Shown here in pieces: positions 39,263 to 48,282 of a DNA stretch of 64,000 bases. The translations under genes were made by a program, and so were the position numbers. Origin of the DNA: Deltaproteobacteria bacterium (GTDB lineage: Bacteria > Desulfobacterota > BSN033 > UBA1163); the NCBI GenBank assembly GCA_016874935.1, contig VGSS01000001.1:21823-85822 (forward strand), written 5' to 3'. The notes under the pieces were generated by a model. The model was not told the origin of the DNA, ran no database searches, and saw nothing but the letters and a program-made list of their open reading frames with translations. How positions within the stretch are numbered: position 1 is the first letter of the stretch; every line of letters begins with the position of its first letter.

Positions 39263-39347
39263 GGAATTCACCCCGTTAGAAATAATGCCCCGCTCGGCTT
39301 CGAGTCCCGCTATAGCGGGACTGGAATTTCTAACGGGGTAAATCGAA
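39263..39347. promoter_or_regulatory. Nested palindrome: outer 13-bp inverted repeat ccccgttagaaat/atttctaacgggg enclosing a perfect 18-bp palindrome gtcccgctatagcgggac
   Basis: Read directly from the sequence. It lies between the anti-sigma 3' end and the NlpC/P60 5' end. Candidate terminator or operator. Confidence 0.4.
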
Positions 39348-39417
39348 AAGGATCAGATTGGATGAGTAGATAATGCTATTTTATACAAGGATTGTTTCGA
39401 TAAGTCAACCAGATTGA

Positions 39418-40374
39418 TCACTCCAGGACGAGGCGAATGCGGATGAAAAGCGTACCTTCTTTAAGGCCCGCTGATTTCGAAGGTTCTTTTCCCTTCTCTT
39501 CAACCTCCTTGCTCTTTGCTCCCGCGACAAGGTTTAAATCATCCTTCATCTCTTTTTGAACGGTGGCTCTGGGGGCCCAAGGAGGGAACCTGACCTGGGC
39601 CAATTCTTTTTCAAACTCCGCATAGGAAGAGGTAGGCAAAGAGGTCAGGAGGACATCTCCATCTTCTCTGACCACTTCTCCTCCCAATTGTTTTGCCAAC
39701 TCCTGAAGCCGGGAGACAGCTTTCTTCCGATCACTGATTTTCAGGGTAATTTCCCTGTCTGGCTTTTTAGCAAGAGACATCATGGCTGTTCCAGCCTTCT
39801 CGCTCTCTCTCCTCTTCTCTTCCACGGGAGGGGCTTCTGCTTTTGCCATCTCTTCTTTGAGCGAAGGAGCAGGCGGATGGATCTTCTTCTCATCGGCCAC
39901 AGAAGATTTTGTCTCTGCCCTATATTTCTCAGGATAGATAGCGAGAGGAGGCGGAGAAATGGACTCTACCTCTTTCTTTTGGACCTCTGATTGCGGAACC
40001 TCAGGTTTTTCAACAGCCCTCTTCTGAAGCATCTCAAAGGGCGTCATTTTCGTAAGATAAAGGGCTAAAAAAACGATCATCACCATGGCCGCAGCCTGGA
40101 TAGGGATCTTCATGGAACGGAAGAACCGTTCCCCTCCCCGCCTTCCTTTCCCCTTTCGTTCCTCCCGTTTCTTCTGTATCTCTGAGACAAATCCTTTGGG
40201 CACATCCTCTTCTTCGATTGTGTGAAGCCAGTGGATCATCCGGTTGAACTGTTCCCACTCTTTTTGACAATCCTGGCAGGAACCAAGATGTTCTCTGAGC
40301 CTCTCCTCTTCCGACGGCTTCAATCCCCCTTCAAGGAAGGAGGAGAATTGGTCGCGCACCTTATCGCAATCCAT
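39418..40374 (-). CDS. Anti-sigma factor (N-terminal zf-HC2 zinc-finger, TM helix, Pro/Glu/Lys-rich periplasmic region)
   Basis: MDCDKVRDQFSSFLEGGL...HLGSCQDCQKEW zinc-binding motif. GAAGGAG ribosome-binding site 7 nt before the ATG at 40374. It is directly downstream of the ECF sigma gene. Confidence 0.75.
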   Translation of the reverse strand: MDCDKVRDQFSSFLEGGLKPSEEERLREHLGSCQDCQKEWEQFNRMIHWLHTIEEEDVPKGFVSEIQKKREERKGKGRRGGERFFRSMKIPIQAAAMVMIVFLALYLTKMTPFEMLQKRAVEKPEVPQSEVQKKEVESISPPPLAIYPEKYRAETKSSVADEKKIHPPAPSLKEEMAKAEAPPVEEKRRESEKAGTAMMSLAKKPDREITLKISDRKKAVSRLQELAKQLGGEVVREDGDVLLTSLPTSSYAEFEKELAQVRFPPWAPRATVQKEMKDDLNLVAGAKSKEVEEKGKEPSKSAGLKEGTLFIRIRLVLE

Positions 40375-40391
40375 CGACTTTGCTCCTTCAA

Positions 40392-40982
40392 TCAATGAAC
40401 GGATCTCTCCAAAATCCCTTTCAGGTCCATTCTGGCCCTGTGAAGTCTTGACTTGATCGTCCCTTCAGGAAGAGAAAGCAGCTTCCCTATCTCTTCATAT
40501 GAGTACCCCTGGAGGTCCCTTAATACGATCATCTCTCTCTGATCCTCCTTCAATTTTAACAGCCCCTTCTGGACAAACTCCCGGATCATCTTTTTTTCGA
40601 AGAGGGTTTCCGGATTACCGGAAGGATCATAGACCGGCCTTTCCATCTCTCCATCCTCTGTTCCGATGGGATCGTTCAACGAGTCCGTTTTGAAATAGTG
40701 TCTTCGCTTCAAATATTTCCAGCGGTTTCGGCAATGGTTCAAGGTCATCTGCGTCAGCCAGGGCTCAAATTTGACCTCTTCCCTCAAATCCTTAATCGAC
40801 TCCAGGACGGAGAGAAAGACCTCCTGGGACAACTCCTTCGCCTCCTCCCTGTTCCCCAACATCCGAAAGGCGATATTAAAAACCTTCTTCTGGTAAGCGA
40901 GGACGATCTCCGCAAAAGCGCTCTCGTCTCCTGCCTTACAATTCTCAATCACCTCTTTCTGAACCTTCGGAGAACGCTCCAT
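40392..40982 (-). CDS. ECF-subfamily RNA polymerase sigma-70 factor
   Basis: Region 2 (…FEPWLTQMTLNHCRNRWKYLKRR…) and region 4 (…SYEEIGKLLSLPEGTIKSRLHRAR…). Confidence 0.85.
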   Translation of the reverse strand: MERSPKVQKEVIENCKAGDESAFAEIVLAYQKKVFNIAFRMLGNREEAKELSQEVFLSVLESIKDLREEVKFEPWLTQMTLNHCRNRWKYLKRRHYFKTDSLNDPIGTEDGEMERPVYDPSGNPETLFEKKMIREFVQKGLLKLKEDQREMIVLRDLQGYSYEEIGKLLSLPEGTIKSRLHRARMDLKGILERSVH

Positions 40983-41077
40983 TAAAAATCCGTATGTCCC
41001 CTTTTATATAGACAACGAAAGGATGGATAAAGTTCCGGGAAAATTCCCCAAGAAAATATATTCGACTAATTATTTCC

Positions 41078-41262
41078 TCCCCCCTTGAGACTGTGTCGTA
41101 AAGGGAAAAACAGAGAAAAATGTCACGCTGAACCTTGTGCTGAACTTAATTCAGTATTGTTTCAGCATCTAATAGAATCCAATACTTACGAGACCCTGAA
41201 ATAAATTCAGGGTGACCAAATAATAATTACGACACAGTCCCCTTGTGGGGGGGATTAAGGTG
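41078..41262. repeat. MITE-like palindromic element, family R2, copy b (with an extra nested hairpin module)
   Basis: Terminal inverted repeats cccccttgagactgtgtcgtaa / attacgacacagtccccttgtggggg. Internal gctgaac/gttcagc and gaccctgaaataaattcagggtgac hairpins. Confidence 0.7.
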
Positions 41263-41272
41263 GGGGGATGAA

Positions 41273-42220
41273 TCAGAACCTTTCCTCTTTTAAAAATTTT
41301 AGCAGTTTGATCAACTTCTGGTCCCGCTCTTTCAAAACATCTGCAATATTCTTCGAGGTATAGTCATAAAACCCTCTTCCTGACTTGACTCCGAAATATC
41401 CTTTCTTCACCAACTGGCTCAGGGTTTTAGGACTTCTCTCTTTTGAGACCAGATGGATGGACGGGTTTCTCTCAAAGGCGAGGGCCAGATCCAGCCCGGT
41501 ATAGTCATAGCGTTGAACCACTCCAACGACAGGGATTCTGATTCCGAGACTGCCCTTCACTGCCCTGTCGATCTCCTCCGCTGTGGCATATCCTCCATCC
41601 AGGAGGAAGAAGATCTCCCTTGCCATGGCCCTCTGAAGGCGATTGACAATATATCCAGGAATGAACTTCTTCATCACGACCGGCGTCTTACCCAATTTCA
41701 GGAAGATTTCTTTCACTCTTTTGATTGTCACCTCGGATGTCTTAGGCCCCCTGACCAGATCGACCAGAGGGATGAGGTGGGGCGGAGCATACCAGTGGCA
41801 GATCAACATCTTTTCGGGACGGATTTTTTTTGTCAGCCGAAAGATATTGAGATAGGAAGTATTGCTGGTGAAGATCGTCCGCTCAGGGCAGAGGCGATTC
41901 AGGGTCTGAAAAAGTTCTTTCTTCGCTTTCGGATTTTCGGATATTGCCTCAACAACCAGGTCAGCCTTCTGCGCCACATCGAGGGAAGTGGAGGGATGGA
42001 TTCGACCCAAAATCTTTGGAATCGATCTCGCCTCGATCATCTTCGCATTTTTCAGAGTCCGAAGATTGGCTTGAATCAGCTTGAGACTTTTTCCGAGAAT
42101 GTCGTCATGAACATCCACCAGATCGACTTCATACCCGCCCTGTGCAAAAACCAGTCCAATCGAGTGGCCCATGGTCCCCGCACCGACAACCAACACCCTT
42201 CTGATCCGATCAATAGTCAT
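41273..42220 (-). CDS. 3-hydroxyacyl-CoA / 3-hydroxybutyryl-CoA dehydrogenase family protein
   Basis: VLVVGAGTMGHSIGLVFAQGGYEV NAD-binding motif and the C-terminal 3HCDH domain pattern. Confidence 0.8.
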   Translation of the reverse strand: MTIDRIRRVLVVGAGTMGHSIGLVFAQGGYEVDLVDVHDDILGKSLKLIQANLRTLKNAKMIEARSIPKILGRIHPSTSLDVAQKADLVVEAISENPKAKKELFQTLNRLCPERTIFTSNTSYLNIFRLTKKIRPEKMLICHWYAPPHLIPLVDLVRGPKTSEVTIKRVKEIFLKLGKTPVVMKKFIPGYIVNRLQRAMAREIFFLLDGGYATAEEIDRAVKGSLGIRIPVVGVVQRYDYTGLDLALAFERNPSIHLVSKERSPKTLSQLVKKGYFGVKSGRGFYDYTSKNIADVLKERDQKLIKLLKFLKEERF

Positions 42221-42224
42221 TACT

Positions 42225-42400
42225 TAGAAAATAAAAGTCTAACGGTAAAGGTAACGATACCCGTTTCGTTAATAAAAGGCTACGTTTATCGTAATTTAAT
42301 TCTTTACACGTAACCGTAACCGGAAGTCGATGCGGGCCTCCTAACCCTAACCGTGACCTACGGACCATTTTCATGGTTCGTGAGTGGCCTAACGGCCATG
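42225..42400. repeat. Intergenic repeat family R4, copy b; begins immediately upstream of the 3-HADH start codon
   Basis: aaaataaaagtctaacggtaaaggtaacgatacccgtttcgttaataaaaggctacgtttatcgtaat..cgtaaccgtaaccgg; near-identical to 59540-59695. Confidence 0.65.
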
Positions 42401-42543
42401 TGCAATTACTTTCCCCATTATGTTTCTCTCAAATACTAACCAAAGATATCTGAAATATCCCCTCACCCCCTCCTTCTCCCCTGGAGGGCATATGCGCTAA
42501 CTTTGCTCTCCCCCCTCTTTCAAGGGAAGGAACTTACTTAACT

Positions 42544-42698
42544 CCTCCCCCTTCAGAGACTGTGTCGTAATAAGGGAATTGATAAAAATGTCATCCTGAA
42601 CTTGTTTCAGGATCTAATTAATTCAACCAATTGCGAGACCCTGAAATAAATTCAGGGTGACAAAATAGTAATTACGACACAGCCTCTCAAGGGGGAGG
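42544..42698. repeat. MITE-like palindromic element, family R2, copy c
   Basis: Terminal inverted repeats ccccttcagagactgtgtcgtaata / tagtaattacgacacagcctctcaaggggg. Hairpins tgtcatcctgaacttgtttcaggatc and gaccctgaaataaattcagggtgaca. Confidence 0.75.
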
Positions 42699-42750
42699 TT
42701 GGGAGGGGGATGGGATTGCAGCTCCTGAACTACCAACCAAATCTTCTCCC

Positions 42751-43086
42751 TTACCGATTCCATCTCCTGCAAAATTTCGTTGTTCCAGAATCGGAGAACG
42801 CGAAAACCAGCCGCCTGTAGTTTTTGTGTACGATTCTCATCATATACTGCCCGCTGTCCATGTTGCCCCCATCCACCTCAATGACCATTCTGTTTTCCAG
42901 GCAGACAAAATCGAGGATGTAATCACCAAATGGATGCTGACGGCGAAATTTCAAACCGGAAATCTGACGACCTCGCAGAAGATGCCACAAAACCTTTTCC
43001 GCGTCAGACATGTTGCTACGTAACACCCGCTGTAGTTTGCCCGAAGGTATCTTCTTGTTTGTCTGGCCGATCACAATCTCCCCCAT
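42751..43086 (-). pseudogene. DUF559 (Vsr/PD-(D/E)xK-like endonuclease-domain) gene, with an apparent -1 frameshift in a homopolymer
   Basis: N-terminal part ...AEKVLWHLLRGRQISGLKFRRQHPFGDYILDFVCLENRMVIEVDGG is in frame. The conserved continuation QHGQRAVYDENRTQKLQAAGFRVLRFWNNEILQEMESV is in the adjacent frame. The switch is at the C5 run at 42866-42870 (G5 on the coding strand; G6 would restore the frame). Confidence 0.65.
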
Positions 43087-43099
43087 CCCCTCCCCACTC

Positions 43100-43275
43100 C
43101 TCCCCTTGAAGAGACTGTGTCGTGATTACTATTTTGTCATCCTGAACTTGGTTCAGGATCTCGTAACTATTTAATTCTATTAGATGCCGAAACAATACTG
43201 AATTAAGTTCAGCACAAGGTTCGGCATGACAATTTTTATAATTTCCCCTATTACGACACAGCCTTGAAGGGGAGG
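43100..43275. repeat. MITE-like palindromic element, family R2, copy d
   Basis: Terminal inverted repeats ccccttgaagagactgtgtcgt / acgacacagccttgaagggg. Internal tgtcatcctgaacttggttcaggatc plus gccgaa/ttcggc hairpins. Confidence 0.7.
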
Positions 43276-43285
43276 GAATATTAAG

Positions 43286-43852
43286 TTAGCGCTTAAGCCC
43301 CAGTGGGGAGAGGGGGCCAAAGATCTTTAAATACTTCTTCGCCTTCTCATAAGCCTCAACCCACTGTTCTCTGGACCGCCTCATCGCCTCCTCGTCCAGT
43401 TGCTTGACAACCTTGCCCGGAATCCCGAGAACGAGCGACCCTTCGGGAACCTTCATCCCAGGAGGCACAACACTTCCGCTCCCGATGACCGAATTCTTCC
43501 CCACCTCTGCTCCGTCCAGCACAATGGCTCCGATTCCAACAACCGCCCCTTCCCTGACAATACATCCGTGGAGGATGACCCCGTGACTGATCAATACGTC
43601 CCGCTCAATGATGACTGGCCGGCCCGTCGGAGACTCGATCAAAACTTTATCGAGAATGACTGAACGCTCTCCCACAACGATTCGATCGCTATCCGCCCTC
43701 AAAAGCGCAAAGGGCCAGATGCTCACCTCTTTCTTTAGGATGATCTCTCCGATCAGCCTCGCCGAGGGATCGATGAATACGGTTTCATCAAATTGGGGAG
43801 ATTTTCCTTCAAAAGGAGTGATTGGATCAAAGTTGATTAAATGGGATGACAT
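43286..43852 (-). CDS. Gamma-carbonic-anhydrase-family / hexapeptide-repeat protein (PaaY/YrdA-like)
   Basis: Left-handed beta-helix hexapeptide repeats with the His ligand pattern (…VLISHGVILHGCIV…). Confidence 0.75.
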   Translation of the reverse strand: MSSHLINFDPITPFEGKSPQFDETVFIDPSARLIGEIILKKEVSIWPFALLRADSDRIVVGERSVILDKVLIESPTGRPVIIERDVLISHGVILHGCIVREGAVVGIGAIVLDGAEVGKNSVIGSGSVVPPGMKVPEGSLVLGIPGKVVKQLDEEAMRRSREQWVEAYEKAKKYLKIFGPLSPLGLKR

Positions 43853-43888
43853 TGGCTTGCTCCTTCGAGTGAGAAATCGTTCGCTATT

Positions 43889-45079
43889 TTATTCCCGTTC
43901 AAAGATGGCTGCAATGCCCAGTCCGCCGCCGCCGCAGATCGATTCGAGGCCGAATCGACTGCCCCGCCGTTTCATCTCATGAAGGAGGGTAACCAGCACC
44001 CTCGTTCCAGTGCAGGCAATGGGATGGCCAAGTGAGATGCCGGAGCCGTTTACATTGATCCTGAGATAGTCCCTCCCGGAAAGGTTCAACAGCTTCAGAT
44101 CTGCCAGAACCTGTGCGGCGAAAGCCTCCTGAATTTCGATTAAATCCATCTGATCGATCTTCAACCCTGTCCTCTCCAGGACTTTCTTGACAGCGAGGTC
44201 CACTGCCCGATAGGTGTATCGTGGGTCCACACCCGCAACGGCAAACTCCCTGATTGAGGCCAGAGGCTTCAACCCCAATGCCTCAGATTTCTCTTCAGTC
44301 GTGATGACGCAGACTGCAGCACCATCGTTTTCGGAGGAGGAATTCCCTGCCGTGCAGACCCCTCCTAAGACGGGTTGAAGTCTCGATAGCTGCTCAAAGG
44401 TCGTATCCTGCCTTGGCGTCTCATCCCGGTCAAATAACATCACATCTTTTTTCTCTTGAGGGATGGGAACAGCCACGATCTCCTCCTTAAACCTGCTTGA
44501 TTCCATGGCATCGCATGCCTTCCGGTGGCTCTCTAAAGCCCAGCGGTCGCAATCCTCCCTTGAAATCCCCTCCTCCTTTGCCGCTGTTTCTGCCCAGGAC
44601 ATCATCGTTGGCAGGACTCCATATCTCTCTTCAGGCTGGGACATCACCCTTGCCCGTTGAATCCGGTCATAGAGTGGAATGCCCCACCGGGAAAGGTCCC
44701 CATGACCTTTCGGCATTCCCTTTTTGCCGCCGATCCCCCATTTGATTTCACCCGGAAGGTAGAACTCCGCACTGCTCATGCTCTCCACGCCGCCTGCCAC
44801 CACAATCTCCGCATGGCCCGACTGGACAGCCATGGCTGCAGAGCAGATCACATCCAGTCCGGTGCAACAGCGCCGGTCCAGTGTGATTCCGGGAATCGAT
44901 TCCGGCCATCCTGCTTTGAGAAGCGACATCCGGGCGATATTCACATACTCTCCATTCTGGTAGGCCTGACCCAGGATGACCTCGTCAACCTGACCCGGAT
45001 CCAATCCGGCTCTTCTGACAACTTCATTCAGGACCAGGGCTCCCAGATCATAAGCAGGAATGTCTTTCAACATTCCCAT
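43889..45079 (-). CDS. Acetyl-CoA C-acyltransferase (thiolase)
   Basis: Thiolase N- and C-terminal domain motifs (…RRCCTGLDVICSAAMAV…, …NVNGSGISLGHPIACTGTR…, CGGGGLG). Confidence 0.9.
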   Translation of the reverse strand: MGMLKDIPAYDLGALVLNEVVRRAGLDPGQVDEVILGQAYQNGEYVNIARMSLLKAGWPESIPGITLDRRCCTGLDVICSAAMAVQSGHAEIVVAGGVESMSSAEFYLPGEIKWGIGGKKGMPKGHGDLSRWGIPLYDRIQRARVMSQPEERYGVLPTMMSWAETAAKEEGISREDCDRWALESHRKACDAMESSRFKEEIVAVPIPQEKKDVMLFDRDETPRQDTTFEQLSRLQPVLGGVCTAGNSSSENDGAAVCVITTEEKSEALGLKPLASIREFAVAGVDPRYTYRAVDLAVKKVLERTGLKIDQMDLIEIQEAFAAQVLADLKLLNLSGRDYLRINVNGSGISLGHPIACTGTRVLVTLLHEMKRRGSRFGLESICGGGGLGIAAIFERE

Positions 45080-45148
45080 ATACCTTCCGATCGGGGTGCG
45101 AACCGCACTGACGATGACTGCTTTTTTCAGAGGATCCTCCTTTAGAGT

Positions 45149-47008
45149 TTATTCTGAACGATGCCAGAACTTCTGAAGAAGAATGACCGCGGTCAGAAGT
45201 CCAAGACCGACCAGATCGGTCCATAGTCCTGGGTTAATGAGGCAGATGGCTCCGGCGACGAGCATCGCCCTTTCCAACAAGGTTGCTTCTTTCAATAACC
45301 ATCCCATCAATCCGGCGGAGAGAAGCACCACACCGATCGATGCGGAAACGATGGTCGTTACAATGCTGGTGGGAGAGCCGATGAGCAACAGGGAAGGACC
45401 GTAGACGAACATGAAGGGAACGATGAACCCCGTTGCGCCCGCTTTCATTGCGGCCAGACCTGTCTTCCAGATATTCGACCCGCTGATGCCTGCGGCCGCA
45501 TAGACTGCCATGGCAACCGGTGGCGTAATCGCGGAGATGATGGCGAAATAGAAGACAAAGAGATGGGCCGCAATCACCGGCACACCCAATTTGATCAAGG
45601 CAGGAATGAGCAGGGCCGCCTGAACAATATAGGCCGCTGTCGTGGGAAGTCCCATACCGAGAATAATCCCCGCAATCATCGTAAAGATGAGAGCAGGAGC
45701 AAGGGAGTCGCCAGCGATGAAAAGGATCAGGCTGGTAAATTTAAGTCCCAACCCTGTCAGGTTAATCACACCCACTACAATCCCTGCGCAGGCGCAGGCA
45801 GCGGCAACAGGAAGCATATTCCTTGCCCCAAGCTCAAGGGCTTCCAGGATCTTCCTCAACCCCATGCGGGTCTCTGTCCTCAGGAGAGAAACAACCAGTG
45901 TAGCAACGATGGCATAGATGCAGGCATACATCGGCGTATACCCTGCCAGCATGAAGAAGATAATTACAATCAGGGGAACGAAGAGATGGCCTTTCGTGAC
46001 AATGACCCAGTTCAGGACCGGTCTCTCCGACTTGGGGATGCCCAGTAATCCCGTTTTGCTTGCTTCAAAATGGATGGCCATAAAAAGGGCAAGATAATAA
46101 AGAAGAGCCGGGATCAAAGCATGTTTACATATTTGGAGGTAAGAAATCCCCGTATATTCAGCGATGACAAATGCGGCCGCGCCCATGACCGGTGGCATGA
46201 TCTGCCCTCCGGTAGAAGCTGTTGCTTCTACGGCAGCGGCAAAATCATGTTTGAACCCCGTTCTTTTCATCAGGGGAATGGTCAACCAGCCATCGACCAT
46301 CACATTGGCCACCGCACTTCCGGAGATCGTTCCGAAGAGAGAGCTCGATACCACAGAGATCTTCCCCGGCCCTCCCTTTGCGCCGCCTACCAGAGAGGTG
46401 GCAAAGTCCATAAAAAATTTCCCTGTGCCTGACTGCTCTAAAAAAGCGCCGAAGATGACAAAAAGGATCACATAGGTGGCAGAAACTCCGAGCGGGATGC
46501 CAAAAATCCCCTCCGTGGTTAAATAGAGCTGGTCAATCAGGGTCTCAATCGTAAAACCCGTATGGCGCATCAATCCCGGCAGGTAATTTCCGAAAAGGGC
46601 ATAAAGGAGAAATACCGATGCGGTAATGGGCAGGGCCAGCCCGATCGTCCTTCTCGCCGCCTCAAGCAGGATCAAAGTCAAAACTATACCCATGGTGAGA
46701 TCCCATGCGCTGACAGGATGGACATATGGATAGCGTGTTACGATATATTCATAATTGAGAAAGATGTAGCCCAGAGACAAGAGGATCAGAAGAATGAGGA
46801 TGAGGTTGCAAAATATCTTTCCATTCTTCTGTTTTTCTCCGCTGGTGATGCCCGCCAGAACGATCAGAACAAGGGTGAAGAGGAGATGGATGGAACGGTG
46901 CATCATTGCCTCCGGGGCGCCAAAGGCTCCTGCATAGAGATGGTAGGCTGACATGAGAACAGCGATTACCCACGTCACCTTTTTCACAATGCGAATAAAA
47001 TGTTCCAT
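45149..47008 (-). CDS. TRAP transporter fused permease (TAXI-type 4TM/12TM fusion)
   Basis: 619-aa polytopic membrane protein. Strong similarity to its paralogue at 49428..51290. Confidence 0.85.
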   Translation of the reverse strand: MEHFIRIVKKVTWVIAVLMSAYHLYAGAFGAPEAMMHRSIHLLFTLVLIVLAGITSGEKQKNGKIFCNLILILLILLSLGYIFLNYEYIVTRYPYVHPVSAWDLTMGIVLTLILLEAARRTIGLALPITASVFLLYALFGNYLPGLMRHTGFTIETLIDQLYLTTEGIFGIPLGVSATYVILFVIFGAFLEQSGTGKFFMDFATSLVGGAKGGPGKISVVSSSLFGTISGSAVANVMVDGWLTIPLMKRTGFKHDFAAAVEATASTGGQIMPPVMGAAAFVIAEYTGISYLQICKHALIPALLYYLALFMAIHFEASKTGLLGIPKSERPVLNWVIVTKGHLFVPLIVIIFFMLAGYTPMYACIYAIVATLVVSLLRTETRMGLRKILEALELGARNMLPVAAACACAGIVVGVINLTGLGLKFTSLILFIAGDSLAPALIFTMIAGIILGMGLPTTAAYIVQAALLIPALIKLGVPVIAAHLFVFYFAIISAITPPVAMAVYAAAGISGSNIWKTGLAAMKAGATGFIVPFMFVYGPSLLLIGSPTSIVTTIVSASIGVVLLSAGLMGWLLKEATLLERAMLVAGAICLINPGLWTDLVGLGLLTAVILLQKFWHRSE

Positions 47009-47097
47009 GTTTTTCCCCTATAGAAAAGGCGGGAATGGCCCCATTCCCGCCTCATACGGTTTTGATACAACGCAGTGGAAAAATGACCGGAGGCCCC

Positions 47098-48057
47098 TTA
47101 TTTAATGACCCCTTTTTCTTTATAATATTTTAGGGCACCGGGATGAAAAGGAACGCCAATGTCAAGGGCAAGGTCTTTGACGGTTACCCCTTTCATGTCT
47201 TTGACGACATCGGCCAATCGTTCTACATTCTCAGAAAGGACCTTCGTGATATTATAAACCAGTGGCTCTGGCAATTTTGCGCTGACCACCAGGTGGGTGA
47301 AGTATCCTACGGTGATCGTATCGTAATTGACACCCGGGTAAGTTCCTGAAGGGATGATCCGTTTCAGGTAGCCCACATTCATCTTCTGGAGTTCCCTGAT
47401 CTTATCCTCAGGAAGGGAGAGAAGCCTGATCTTCTTGGTGGTTGCCAGATCCAATATGGAAGAAGCAGGAATAGTTGTTCCCAGGAGATACCCCTGTGCA
47501 TGGCCGTCCTTCATCAGGGAGACGGCATCCGCATAACTTACATGGTTCACCTTTGTCATGTCCTTGTAGGAGAGGCCATGAATCTGGAGAACCTGTTGAG
47601 CCAGCAGTTCCCCTGTATGGCCTTTGGGTCCCGGACAGATTCCTTTTCCCTTAAGGTCTGCAGGCGATTTGATCCCCGAGTCTTCGAGGACGACCATCTG
47701 AAAATATTGAGGGTAAAGGTTGGCTAATTGCATAACATTCTTAGTGGGTGCCTTGAACGGTTCTCTTCCTGCAACCCCATCCACGCTGGAGGACGAATTT
47801 CCAAAACCGATATCCGCCTTGCCCTCCTGGACACCAACCACATTGGCCATGCCCCCACCCGGTGAAACGGAAACCGTTGTTCCCGGAATATTCTTCTGGA
47901 TCAACTCCGCAATGGCGCCACCCAGTGGAACCCACGATCCTCCCATTGGTCCGGTCATCATCTTCAAATCAACCTTCTCCTGGCCAATGGCCAAAAAGGG
48001 AGACATCAAAAAGACAATCATTCCAAACCCTAAACAAACTATTCTCTTCATCTTCAT
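47098..48057 (-). CDS. TAXI-family TRAP transporter solute-binding protein
   Basis: Signal peptide; TAXI/Imp family pattern (…GGGMANVVGVQEGKADIGFGNSSS…). Confidence 0.8.
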   Translation of the reverse strand: MKMKRIVCLGFGMIVFLMSPFLAIGQEKVDLKMMTGPMGGSWVPLGGAIAELIQKNIPGTTVSVSPGGGMANVVGVQEGKADIGFGNSSSSVDGVAGREPFKAPTKNVMQLANLYPQYFQMVVLEDSGIKSPADLKGKGICPGPKGHTGELLAQQVLQIHGLSYKDMTKVNHVSYADAVSLMKDGHAQGYLLGTTIPASSILDLATTKKIRLLSLPEDKIRELQKMNVGYLKRIIPSGTYPGVNYDTITVGYFTHLVVSAKLPEPLVYNITKVLSENVERLADVVKDMKGVTVKDLALDIGVPFHPGALKYYKEKGVIK

Positions 48058-48282
48058 TGCCAGCCTCCTTTATCTTGGATTGGATGTCCATCCAATAACA
48101 ATAAATTGCCCTTCATGTCAAGAAGTTTCAAAGAGATTTCTAAAAAGAAGAAATCTCTGATTACACCGATTAGAATTCGATTGCACAGATTAGAAATGCA
48201 TGGATGACAATCTTGTAAAAAGTCCCAATCTGTCACCCTGAACTTGTTTCAGGGTCTCTGTTTTATATAGCTCTCTCAATGT

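Noticed and set aside
35395-43275. Possibility that the dispersed palindromic repeats form a CRISPR array
   Set aside because: The repeats are long (150-200 bp), imperfect and internally palindromic, and are separated by whole genes rather than regular 30-40 bp spacers. No cas genes are present in the window.
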